DNA of 64,000 nucleotides from the human T2T-CHM13v2.0 reference genome, Homo sapiens, in NCBI RefSeq assembly GCF_009914755.1, contig NC_060942.1, one strand, 5' to 3'. Below are positions 29,284-41,960 of this stretch, one piece after another. A model generated the notes under the pieces. The model was not told the DNA's origin. It saw only the letters and a program-made list of their open reading frames with translations, and ran no database searches. A program made the translations under genes and the position numbers. The first letter of the stretch is position 1. Every line of letters begins with the position of its first letter.

Positions 29284-29681
29284 TGTTGAAAAATTTTAAG
29301 GCCCCTCCCCCCTCACTGTCATCCCTTCCTTTTGTTCCCTACATCTGGGCAAGCTGGTAAGATGGCCCTGTGCTCTCTCCTTTGTCTTCAGTGGGAGATT
29401 TAAACCATACAAGCCTGTTTCCACAAAAGGAGAGTCTCAGCCCAGTCCTACACCCCAGCCGCAATAAAAATTTCAAAGCAGTCCTCTTTTTATTCACCTT
29501 CTCTCTGTAGCCAGTTTCAGGCAGGCTTATGAGGCCTACTGCTGCTGTCCTCAGAACTCTCATTATATGAATAAAAACAGTTTTTATATGACCTTGGTCC
29601 TTGTGTATCTGCATCCTTCCTGGCATTTGATCCAATATTTGAGTGGGGGCACAACCCCATTTCTTCAGTATGTCTACAACA
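29284..29681 (+). mobile_element. Old ERVL-class solo LTR (MER74/MER54-like)
   Basis: TGTTG...CAACA termini, 'ctgggcaagctggtaag' motif, TATA-like AATAAAAA and downstream AATAAA; family uncertain, no TSD seen. Confidence 0.65.
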
Positions 29682-30381
29682 TTTAGTCTGATAATTTAAA
29701 ATTCACTAAATTATTTTTATCTAAATTGTGTAGAATACAAATTTAAGAATGCCATTCAAATTACACACCAATAAAATCATTTTTGATGCACTCTTCAGAA
29801 TCTAAAACCAAATTCTAAAAAAATTGCAGAGAATGCTATATTAATTTTGTGCATAAACTGAAGCAACATTCTTCCAAAAGAACAGATGTGGTATTATCAT
29901 ATGGAATCTACTCACAGTTATATGTAAGTAGTGATTTTGAGCTAGATTGGGGATAGAGAAAATATATTTTTTATTATAAACTTTTTAAAACTTATGCATA
30001 TGTTACCTTTTGCAAATATTTTAAAGACAGAGTTTCAATTTAAAAACCTACCTTTACGACATTATAAAATAGGAGGAAAAGATAGTAGTTTTAATTAAAA
30101 TATAATTATACAACTATTAACAAAAGAAAGAAAGGATGTCTTTACTTGTGATCTCCAGGATATTGATGAAAACAATAATAAAACATATAGGTGAATATTA
30201 AATATAAAATTTGGCAGTAAAAGTAAAAAGAAACTAATAAGAATATGTGGGCAAACAGTATTTTGGAATCTTAATTACAAATATATTAGTATTAACATAA
30301 AATAAGTGACTATGATTTTTAGACTGGATGAACAATACACAAATGTGATGCGTAAGAGCATAAAGAAAAAAGAACGACTTC

Positions 30382-30690
<309 letters not shown>

Positions 30691-30730
30691 AAAGAATGCC
30701 TTAGAATGAGGATATAGGAAGACTTAAAGT

Positions 30731-30790
30731 TCTCTTTCTCTCTCTCTCTCTCTCTCAATCTGTGTGTGTGTGTGTGTGTGCACACGTGCG
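30731..30790. repeat. (CT)n-(TG)n microsatellite
   Basis: Seen directly. Confidence 0.9.
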
Positions 30791-31618
30791 TGAAATTTAG
30801 CTCCAGGATTGGCGGGTGCAACTGTGGCAAGTACATAATTTGTAGGGCAGGCCAGCAGGCTGGAAACTGCAGTCTTGATAGAATATTTTCATCCTCAGGG
30901 AAATCTGTTTTGTTCTTAAAGTCTTTCAGTTGATTAGATGAGGCCTGTCCAGATTGTCAAGATAATCTCATTTATTTAAAGTCAATTGATTACAGATGTT
31001 AACTAAATCTGTAAAATACCTTCACAGTAACTAGATTACTGTTTAGTATCTGGATACCAGAGCTATGATAGTTTATTTTAGGTGTCAACTTACCTGGATT
31101 AAAAAAATGCCTAGAAATTGGTAATGTATTATTGTTGGGTGTGTCTGTGAGGTCATTTCCAGAGATTAGCATGTGAGTGATGGGTGTAGTTGAGAGACCT
31201 CTGGTTATTGTGGGCAGGTACCATTCTATAGGGCAGGGGCCCAGAGAGCAAAATCAGAGAATAGGCAAGTGTGGGGATCCATCTTTCAGAGCTGGGATAC
31301 AATCTTCCTCTTCTCTCTTTGGACAACAACTACAGGATCCCTGCCCTTTAGACTCCAGGATTTTCATCACTGGCTTCCCTGGTTCTTAGGCCTCCTAACT
31401 AACTGAGGCCACACTACCAGTACCCCAGCATCTCCAGCTTGCATGTAGCCTCCATAACATTGTAAACAACCCTCCTAATAAATTTATCTCTCTCTCTCTC
31501 TTTCTCTCTATCCATCCATCCATCCCCATCTCTATTCATATTCTATTGATTCTGTCTGTGGAGATCCCTAATTAATATAATAGCCTAACTAAATTGATAT
31601 ATAAAACTCATCATCACA
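30790..31618 (-). mobile_element. Older MLT2-family LTR, interrupted by a second MLT2
   Basis: 'gggcaggccagcaggctggaaact...aaaataccttcacag' resumes as 'atagcctaactaaattgatatataaaactcatcatcaca'. Confidence 0.8.
31064..31579 (+). mobile_element. MLT2 LTR nested in the older MLT2
   Basis: 'tatgatagtttattttaggtgtcaacttacctggattaa...gggtgtgtctgtgagg'; TSD AGAGC/ATAGC. Confidence 0.87.
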
Positions 31619-31965
31619 ATCTACCTGTTGTCAATTTGACATCCATACACATCTACTTAAACCATAACTAATCATCAAATAAAGATAATAACAAAGTCAA
31701 ATTTCCACCTAATATAATACAGCTATTTTATGAACAACGAAAAACATGCCAATCCTTTCCACAGAAGAGAATGCAACGCTTTGGATGATGCTTACTCCTT
31801 GACACTTCCTTAAATTAAATATGATGTATGGTTAAGAATTATTAATATATTTTTGCAAGATTAGTTGATAAGAGAGAGAAGTACACCAAAGTATTATATT
31901 TTTGTTTTTGTATACACAAACACACACACAGAGGAATATTTATATAACCTGATAAGGAAGAAATA
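31619..31965 (-). mobile_element. Probable ERVL internal sequence adjoining the LTR
   Basis: 'ctacctgttgtcaatttgacatccatacacatct' directly follows the LTR terminus, as in antisense ERVL-int 3' ends. Confidence 0.5.
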
Positions 31966-32318
31966 GTCCCACAACCAACGCTTCAAAAGTTGAATGAAAT
32001 GGGCTATGAAATTTTGCCTTATTCGCCATATTCACCTGACCTCTCACCAACTGACTATCACTTCTTCAAGCATCTCAACAACTTTTTGCAGGGAAAGCAC
32101 TTCCACAACCAGTAGGATGCAGAAAATGCTTTCCAAGAGTTCATCAAATCCTGAAGCATGGATTTTTATGCTACATAAATAAACAAACTTATTTCTCATT
32201 GGCCAAAATGTATTGATTGTAATGGTTTCTATTTTGATTAATAAAATGTGTTTGAGCCTAGTTAAATGATTTAAAATTCATGGTCCAAAACCACAGTTAA
32301 TTCTGCACCAACTTAATA
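31966..32318 (+). mobile_element. Hsmar1 mariner 3' fragment (dead transposase C-terminus plus right TIR)
   Basis: Translates LQKLNEMGYEILPYSPYSPDLSPTDYHFFKHLNNFLQGK (mariner YSPDL motif) with in-frame stops; ends 'ttctgcaccaacttaa' + TA. Confidence 0.95.
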
Positions 32319-32369
32319 TTTCTTATATAATATGTAAGATATGTAAGATCTTATATAAAATAATATTTT

Positions 32370-32595
32370 ATTTTGCTTCTGTAATTCATTTAAGCCTATG
32401 TTATACTTTTTGATGTTTTTCCACAACTTATGGATGTTTCCTTCTGTTTTTTTGGTTTGTATTTTTTTTCTATTTTTTTCTCCTTCCTGTTTCAGTTTGG
32501 TTTCTAAAGGTCTACATTTCATTTCACTGATTCTTTCCTTGGCTATGTGAAGTACACTGAAGATTCATTAAAGAAATTATTTTCTGTTACTATAT
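32370..32595 (-). mobile_element. Old L1M ORF1 fragment
   Basis: ORF-track peptide KKTEGNIHKLWKNIKKYNI resembles L1 ORF1 'EQNIQELWDNIKR.NI'. Confidence 0.55.
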
Positions 32596-32599
32596 TGTG

Positions 32600-34580
32600 T
32601 TTTTAATATTTTATTGTAATACAACACACATAAAACAAAATTTACCATTGTAACCATCTTTAAGTGTGAAATTCAATGATGTTATATACTTTAATGATAC
32701 TGTGCAACCCTTATTTTAACCTGATCTCCATAATTATTTTCATCTTGCAAAACTGAAACTCCATACCCATTAAACAATAATTTCTCATTCTCCCCTATAC
32801 CAAGCAGGGGGAAACCATCATTCTACTTTTGGTCTCTATGATATCGACTACTCTAAGTAGCTATATAGGTGGAATGATACAGTATTTGTCATTTAGTAAT
32901 GAGCTTATTTCACTTAACATAATGTACTCAATATTCATCCATTTTGTAGCATATGTCAGAATTTCTTTTTATTGTAGGGCTTAATAATATTCTAAGTATA
33001 TACACATTTTGCTTATCCATTATTGGTCATTTGCGTGGCTTCCACATATTTTCTATTTTAAGTAATACTACTCTATGATCATGGGTATACAAATATTTCT
33101 TTGAGACCCTTATTTCAATTCTTCTGGGTATGTTCCCAGTAGAATTGCTGGATCATATGGTAATTGTATCTTTAATAATTTGAGGAGTAACAAACTGACT
33201 TTCATAGAGACTGTACCATTTTACATTCCCATCAACAGTGCCTAGGAGTTTCAATTTTTCCATTTCATTGCCCAAAATTATTTTCAGTTTTTTTTAATAT
33301 TAGGCATCCTAATGGGTGAGAGGTGGCATTTCATTGTAATTTTGATTTGCATTTCTATAATGATTAGAGATACTGAGTATCCTTTTCTGTAGTTTTTGGC
33401 TATTTGTTTATTTTCTTTGAAAAAATATCCATTCAAGTAATTTGCTCATTTTTGAATCAGTTTTGTTGTTTTGTTGTTGAGGTTTTGGAGTTCTCGATAT
33501 AATCTGCATATCAATCCTTATCTAAGATATGATTTGCAAATATTTTCTTCCATTTTGTAGGTTGCTATTTTATTCTGTTGATATGATCTTTTGATGCATT
33601 TTTAAATTTTTTCATTTTTTTTTTCTTTATTTTGTCTTTTGTTGCCTGTGCCTATGTTGGTTTCATATATTCAAGAAATCATGCTAAATCTAATGTCATA
33701 AAGATTTTGTCTTTTTTTTTAAGAGTTTTATATTTTTAGTTGTTAAATTTAGACCTTTGATGCATTTTGAGCTAATTTTTGTGTATGTGTTAGGTAAGGA
33801 TCTAACTTAATTATTTTGCATATGGATATCCAGCTTTCACAGAACCATTATTGAAAAGACTGCCCTTTCCCTATTGAATAGTCTTAGCACCTTTGTAAAA
33901 AAATCATTTAGCCATATCTGTGAAGGTTTATTTTCGGATTCTGTAATATATTTAGTAGGTCTCTATGGAATATATATGCCAATACCATACTGTTTTGATT
34001 ACTGTAGCCTTCCAACAGATTTTAAAGTTAGGAAATGTGAGTCCACCAGGTTTTTGTATTATGCTTTTCAGGATTTTTTTGGCTATTTGTGATCCCATGA
34101 GATTACATATGAAATTTAAGATGGGTTTTTCAATTCTGCAAAAACAACAGAATTAGTATTGGGAATATATTCAATTTGTAGATTGCTTTAGGTACTATTG
34201 AAATATTGATATTAAGTCTTTCAATCTGTGATCATAAGATCTTTCTATTGATGTCTTTACTTTTTTTAAGCAATGATTTGTAGTTTTCACTTTACAGTCT
34301 TTTACCTCCTTGGCTGTTAGCTGCTAAGTATTTTATTGTTTTGCCTGTAAATGAAATTGTTTTGCTACTTACTTTTAAGATTTATCATTGCTAGCATATA
34401 GAAATGCAACTTTATTTTTTGCATTGCCTTTGTATTCTGCGTTAATACTGATTCATTTATTAGCTCTAGCAGTTTTGTGCGTGAAGGGGGATCTGTAGGG
34501 TTTAGGGTTTAGAGTTTTCTACCTGCAAGATACTATCATCTCTAAACAAAGATAATTTTACTTCTTGTTTTTTCAAGTTG
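32600..34580 (-). mobile_element. L1MB-like element, 3' part (host)
   Basis: 'acataaaacaaaatttaccattgtaaccatctttaagtgt' L1MB-type 3' end and antisense ORF2; resumes at ~41961. Confidence 0.9.
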
Positions 34581-34589
34581 CTAGGTTTT

Positions 34590-36218
34590 TCACAGCATCT
34601 GCTTGCCTGGTTCAGCACCGTATCTGTCCTGTGCAGAGACCTTGGTGCGGAAAGGTCCTCACTGCTCTACGCCTAGGCAGATTTCCAGGAATCTGAAGCA
34701 TTCCCTCACCTAGATCAGCAGCCTGACCCACCATACCATTCTTGAGCAGAGACAATGGTGAAGCAAGGCCCACTCTGCTCCACACCCAGGCAGATCTCCA
34801 GGGATTTGGAGTACTCCCTCACCTGGATCAGCAGCCTGACCCACCCTACCATTCTGGTGCAGAGATCCCGATGCAGGGGGCCACTCTCTGCTCCACAACC
34901 AGACAAATCTCCAGGCATCTGGAACACCCACTCTCCTTGATGAAAAGTTAAGGCTGCACCCCCATCTCTATGCAGAGAACTTGGGACAGAGGTTTCCCAG
35001 CTCCATGCCTAGGCACATCACTGGGCAATTGGCGGCTGCCCACTGGATCCTTCCTCAGTAATCATGCTTGTGCTTGAGAACAGGTGACCTGTAGATGGAC
35101 CTGCCTGGCTTAGCCCCGCCCATTGTTACCCTCACTCCCCAAAGAGTGGGCATGGATCTAAGACCACCATGCACTCCACAGATTAGATTCCCCATTGCAT
35201 GAGGAAACAGAGAGCTTCTCCCAGTAAACAAGTATTAAGTATATACCCAGCCACATTGGCCATAGTTGGTGCTTATCTATAAGTGCCATGTACTAGCTTG
35301 TTGGTTGAATTGCAAAGCCTAATATAAAACCTGTAAACAGAAGTGCATAAGGATTCAGAGCAATATCAAAAGACCCTATTCAGCATTCTCTATAGTCATA
35401 TGGAGGGGGGAGGAGAAAGAGAAAGAGAAATAAAAAATATAACATTATTGAGTAAGAAAAATCCTACCCACATGAAAATAACTTTAAAAAATTAGAAGTG
35501 ACAACATCTACAATGAGAAAGAATCAGCACAATAATTTTGAGACCATAAAAAACTCAATATAGTGATGCCACCGAAAGACCACACTAACTCTCCAGAAAT
35601 GGTCCCTAGCAAAAATTGAAACTCAGAAATTACAGGTAAGAATTTAAAGTATGGATTCAAAGGAAGTTCAATGAAATCCAAGGCAAGTTTGAAAATCAAC
35701 ACAGAAAAGCAATTCAGGAAATGAAGGAAGAGATAAATATCTTAAAAAAGAAATCAATCATAACTTCTGGAATTGAAGAACTATACTAAGAAATTTCAAA
35801 ATACAATAAAAAACTTTATCAATAGACTGAACCAAGCATGAGAATAAATTTCAGAGCTTGAAGACAAGTCTTTCAAACTAACCCAGACAAAAATAAATAA
35901 AAAACAATTTAAATGAACAGTCTTCAAGAACTGTGGGATTATGTGAGGCACCCAAACCTATGAATTATTGGCACTTTTTAGAGAAATGAAGAAAAAGTAA
36001 ACAACCTGGAAAACTTATTCGAAGGAAAAATTCAAAAAAATTTCCTTAATCTTGCTGCAGATGTTGACATCCAGACACAAGAAACCCAGAGAACACCAGA
36101 GAGATACTACACAAAACAAACATCACCAAAGTCATAGAGTCATCAGACTTTCCATGGTCAACACTAAAGAAAAATAGTCAAAAAAAATCCTGAAAGGCAC
36201 CTAAAACAAAAGGTCAGG
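34590..36218 (+). mobile_element. L1PB-like element A: 5'UTR and most of ORF1
   Basis: GC-richer 5'UTR with 113-bp repeats, then ORF1-type text 'caatagactgaaccaagc...gagcttgaagacaagtc...ctgtgggattatgtg'. Confidence 0.85.
34633..35010 (+). repeat. 113-bp tandem monomers in L1 5'UTR
   Basis: GCAGAGA anchor recurs at 34633, 34746, 34859 and 34972; shared 'ccctcacct(a/g)gatcagcagcctgacccacc'. Confidence 0.9.
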
Positions 36219-38735
36219 GTGCCCCACTGCTGCCACAGTGATTGAGCACACAGATGCTGGCATCTCCACCCATCCTTGTGGTCCACTGCTACCATTATGA
36301 ATGCACGCACAGGAGCCAGTAGCCCCACACTCACCGACATCCTGCCCCACAGCATAGCAGTTTCCTAACCTCAAATTGCCAGAGAACAAAACCAGGTGTC
36401 TGGTACTAGGTCCCCAGAGTTAGAGAAAACAGAATAAGAGTGCTGATCTGAGACTTGGCCCCCTTAAACCTTCCAGAAATGAACCCAGTCAACTGAACCC
36501 ACATTAAACCACAATCCAAACACCAAGGGCCAGAAAGAAGATAAAAGAAAACAACAAAAACAACAACAACGAAAATTCAAAGGAGAGCAACTCAAACATT
36601 GAAGGAATATGATCTCACAGACATGCGAAAGAACCAGTGCAAAAACTCTGGCAACTCAAAAGTTCAGAGTGTGCCTCCAAATGATGGCAATAGTTTCCCA
36701 TCAATGATTCTTAACCAGGCTGAAATGTCTGTAATGACAAAAATATAATTCTGACTATGGATAGGGATGAAGATAGTTGACATCCAGGAGAAAGTTGAAA
36801 TCCAATCCAAGGAATCTAAGATACACAATAAAATGACACAAGAGATAAAAGATAGAATTGCCATATTAAGAAAGAAACCAACAGATCTGATATAGCTGAA
36901 AAACTTCAAGAATTTCAGAATACAATTGCAAATATTAACAGCAGAATCTACTGAGCTAAGATCAGAGCTTGAAGACCACTTCTCCAAAATAACTTAGTCT
37001 GAAAAAAATTAAAAAAATAAAGAAGAATGAACAAAACCTCCATTTTGGCATTACGTAAAGAAACCAAATCTATGATTCACTGGTGTCTCTGAGAGGAAGA
37101 TAATGTAAGCACTTGAAAAAAAAATTGAGAATATCGTCCACAAAAAATTTTCCACCTTGCTAGAGAGGCCAACATTAAAATTCGGGAAATGTAGAGATTC
37201 CATGTGAAATACTATAGAAGACATCCATCTCCAAGACACACAGTCAGGAGATTCCTCAAGGTTGAAATGAAAGAAAAAAAATATTTCTAGAGAGAAAGGG
37301 CAGGTCACCAAAACAGAAAACTTCTTCAAGGTAACAGCAGAGATTTCAGCACAAATTCTATAGTCCAGAAAAAATTGGGGACCTATATTCAGCAATCTTA
37401 AAGAATAGAAATTTCAACCAAGAATTTTATATCCAGCCAAACTAAGCTTCATAAGTGAAGGAGAAATAAAGTACCTTTTAGAGAAACAAATGTTAAGGGA
37501 TTTGGTTACCACCGGACCAGCCTTAAAGTAGGTCCTTGAGAGAGAGCTAAATATGGAAAGGAAAATATGTTACCAACCACCTCAAAAACCTAAGTACATA
37601 AACCATTGACACTATAAAGCAACCACACAAACAATTCTGCATAATAACCAGGTAACAACATGATTACAGAATCAAATCTGTGTATATTACATTATTGAAT
37701 GTAATGCCCCAGTTAAAAGGCACAGAGTGCCAAGTTGGATAAAGAAGCAAGACACAACAATATGGTGTTTTCAAGAGATCTATCTCACATGCAATGATAC
37801 CCAAAAACTCAAAGTAAAGGGATGAAGAAAAATATACCAGGCAAATAGAAAAAAAGAAAAAAAAAGCAGAAGTTGCTAATCTAATTTCAGTAAAAAACAA
37901 TCTTTAAACCAATATTGATTTAAAAAACAAACACTATTAGACAGATCATTGAGGCAGAAAATAAAAAGATATTCAGGAGATTTACTCAACATTTGACCAA
38001 ATGGGCCTAACAGACATCTACAGAACTCTCTACCCAAAAACAACAGAATATATATTCTTCTCATTTGCACATGTCACATACTCTAAAATTGACCACACAA
38101 TCAGCCATAAAACAATACTCAGTAAACCCCCCAAAAAACCCGAAATCATACCAAATACATTGTCAGTCCACAGCACAATAAAAATAGAAATCAATATTAT
38201 GAAAATTGCTCCAAACCATACAATTAGATGGAAATTAAACAACTTGCTCATAAATGACTTTTGAGTAAACAATAAAATTAAAGAAGAAATAAATAACTAC
38301 TTGAAACTAAAGAGAAAAAATATACAAGATACCAGAATCTTGATACATAGATAGGCAATGTTAAGACGGAAAGGAAGTTTATAGTGCTGAATGTCCACAT
38401 CAAAAAGTTAGAAAGATCTCAAATTAATAACCTAACATCCCACTCAGAGGAACTAGGGACAAGATCAAACCAACACAAAGCTAACAGAAGAGAAGATATA
38501 ACTAAAATCAGAGCTGAATTGAAGGAATTTGAGACACATACAAAAAATACAAAAGATCAGCAAATTCAAGAGACTGCTCTTTGAAAAAATAAATATGATT
38601 GATCTGAATCCCTAAATAGACCAATAATGAATTCCCAAATTGAATCTGTAATAAAAAGTCTACCAGCCAGAGAAAGGCCAGGGCCAGATAGATTCACAGC
38701 CAAATTCTACCAGATGTATAAGGAAGAGCTGATAC
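36219..38735 (+). mobile_element. L1 element B (old L1PA/L1PB): partial 5'UTR, ORF1, ORF2 N-terminus; no 3' end
   Basis: Second ORF1 start 'atgcgaaagaaccagtgcaaaaactctggcaactc' at ~36623; EN peptide LTDIYRTLYPKTTEYIFFSFAHVTYSKIDH. Confidence 0.85.
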
Positions 38736-41700
38736 TTTCTTCTCATCTGCACATGAAACATACTTGAAAATTGACCACATGCCTAGCCATAAAGCAAATC
38801 TCAATATATTTTTAAGAATCAAAATAATATCACCCATAATCTCATGCCACATTGGAATTAGAAGAGAAATCAACACAAAGAAGATGTCTGAAAACCATAC
38901 AATTACATGGAAATTAAACAACTTGCCTCTAAATTACTTTTCGGTAAACAATGAAAATAAGGTATTAATCAAAAAATTCTTTAAAATAAATTAAAACAGA
39001 GACACAACATACCCAAATCTCTGAGATGCAGCAAAATCAGTATTAAGAGGAAAGTTTATAGCACTGAAAATCTACTTCAAAAAGTCAGAAAGCTTTCAAA
39101 TTGATTACCTAACATTACACCTAGAGAAAACAGAAAAACAAGAACAAACTAACCCCAAATGCTAGCAGAAAAAAAAATAGCTAAGCAGAACTGAACAAAC
39201 TTGAGACCCCAAAATCCATACACAGAATCAATGAACACAAAAGTTGGTTATTTGAAAAGATAAACAAGTTCAAAAGACTTCCTTCTAGATTAACAAAGAA
39301 TAAAGAGAGAAGATTCAAATAAACACAATCAGAAATGGAAAAGGTGACATTATAAATAATTACAAAGAAATTTAAAAAAATGTTAAGAGACTATTATGAA
39401 CACATCTTTGCAAACGACCTAGAAATCTAGGGACAATTAATAAATTCCTGGAAACACACAATCTCCCACAATTGAATCGGGAAGAAACTGAATCCCCGAA
39501 GTGACCAGTATCAGGTTCTGAAACTGAGTCATTATTAAAACTTCTACCTTCCTCCCAAAAAATCCTAGATCAGATGGACTCACAGCCATATTCTACAGAA
39601 AAGCAAAGAAGGGTTGATACCAATGCTACTAGAACTATTCTAAAAATTGTGGAGGAGGGATTTCTTTCTAAATCATTTTATAAAGCCAGCATCACCTCTA
39701 TTCCAAAACCTGGGAAAGACACAATAAAAAAAAGAAAACTACAGGCCAATATTCATAATGAATATATGTGCGAAAATCCTCAACGAAATACTGGTAAACC
39801 AAATCCAGCAGCACATCAAAAAGTTAATTCACCATGATCAAATCGGCTTAATTCCTGGGAAGCAAGTTAGGGTCAACATGCTCAAATGAGTAAATGGGAT
39901 TCACCACATAAAAATAATTAAAAATAAAAACCACATGATTATCTCAATAGACATGGAAAAAATTTTAATAAAATTCAGCATCCTTTCATGATAAAAACCC
40001 TCAAGAAACTAGGCATCAAAGGAACTTACCTCAAAATAATAAGAGCCATCTATGACAAACCCACAGCCAACATCATACTGAATGTATAAAAACTGGAAAG
40101 ATTTCCCTTGAGAACTGATACTAGAAAGAATGCCCACTTTTACCCCTCCACTCCATTTACATAGTACTAAAATTGCTAACCAGAGCAATCAGGCAAGAGA
40201 AAGAAATAAAAGGCATTCAAATAGGAAAAGAAGAAATCAAAATATCTCTCTTTGCTGATAATGATTCTATACATAGAAAGTCCTAAATACTTCACCAAAA
40301 GACTCCTGGAACTGATAAATGTATTCAGTAAATTTCCAAGATACAAATTCAATGTCCAAAATTCAATTGCATTTATATATAGCCATAATGTTCAATCACA
40401 GAGACAATTTAAGAATGTGATCACATCTACAATAGCCAGAAAAAAATTACATAGAAAAACATCTAACCAAGTAAGTGAAATCTCCACAATGAAAACTACA
40501 AAACACTGCTAAAAGAAATCATAGATGACACAAATAAATGGAAAAATATCCCACGTTCATGGATTGGAAGAATTAATATTGTCACAATGGCCATACTGCC
40601 TAAAGTAATCTACAGATTATATGCTATTCCTCTCAAACTACCAATTTTTTTTCACAGAATTAGAAAACACTATTCTAAAATTCATATGGAACCAAAAAAT
40701 TCAAATAACCAAAACAATCCTAAGCAAAAAGAACAAAGCCAAAGACATTACATTACCTGACTTCAAAGGTCTGTTACAAGGCAACTGTAATCAAAATAGC
40801 ATGTTACAGGTACAAAACCAGACATACAGACCAATGAAACATAATAGAGAACCCAGGAAAAAAAAAAGCTGCACACCTACAGCCATCTGATCTTTGAAAA
40901 CATTGATGAAAAGAAGCAATAGGAAATGGACACCCTTTTCAATAAATGGTGTTGGGATAGCTGGCTAGCCAATGCAGAAGATTGAAATTGGAACCCTACC
41001 TTTCATCATATACAAAAAATAACTTCAGATGGATTAAATATTTAAATTTAAGATTTCAAGCTCTAGAAATCCTAGAAGAAAACCTAGAAAACATCCTTCT
41101 GGGCATTGATGTTAGAAAATAATTTATTACTAAGTCATCAAAAGCAATTGCAACAAAAATAAAAGTTGACAAGTGGAACCTAATTAAACTAAAGAGCTTC
41201 TGCACACCAAAAGATACTGTCATCAGAGTAAAAAGACAACCTACAAAATGGGAGAATATATTGCAAACGACACATGCACCAAAAATGTCATATCCAGAAT
41301 CTGTAAGGGTCTCAAACAATTGAACAATCAAAAAACAACCTCATTAAAAAGTAGGTAAAAATCATGACCAGATGTATCTCAAAAGAAGAGATATGCACAG
41401 CCAACAAGCATATGAAAAAATCCTCAACATCACTAATCACTGGAGAAATACAAATCAGAACCACAGTGAGATACCAACTCATACTAGACTAGTCGGAATG
41501 GCTATTACTAAGACGCCAAAAAACAACAGATGCTGGTGAGGCTGCAGAGAAAAGAGGATGCTTATACACTGTTGGTTGGAATGTAAATTATTGCAGCCAC
41601 TGTGAAAAGCAGTGTGGAGATTTCCCAAGGAACTTAGAACTACCATTTGACCCAGCCATCTCATTACTGAGTATATATCTATAAGAAAACAAATCATTCT

Positions 41701-41960
41701 ACCAAAAGGCACATGCATTTTTATGTCATCACCACACTGTTCACAGTAGCAAAGATATAAAATCAACCCCCGTGCTCATTAATGATGAACTGGATTTTTA
41801 AAATGCGTTTCATATACACTATGGAACACCATGCAGCTGTAAAAAAATAACAAAATCCTGTCCTTTGCAGAAACGTGGATTCCACTGCTGGAGGCCATTA
41901 TTCTAAGTGAATTAACTCAAAAACCAGAAAACCAAATATACCTTTTCTCACTTATAAGTG
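38736..41960 (+). mobile_element. L1PB-like ORF2 from mid-EN to C-terminus; 3'UTR and poly(A) absent
   Basis: Continuous degenerate ORF2 (KIDH..., RT 'tctctttgctgataatgatt'), stops at 'ttctcacttataagtg'. Confidence 0.9.

Noticed and set aside
34495-34515. TTTAGGG-like telomeric repeats
   Set aside because: Only about two units, arising from the L1 'tttagggtttt' sequence by slippage.
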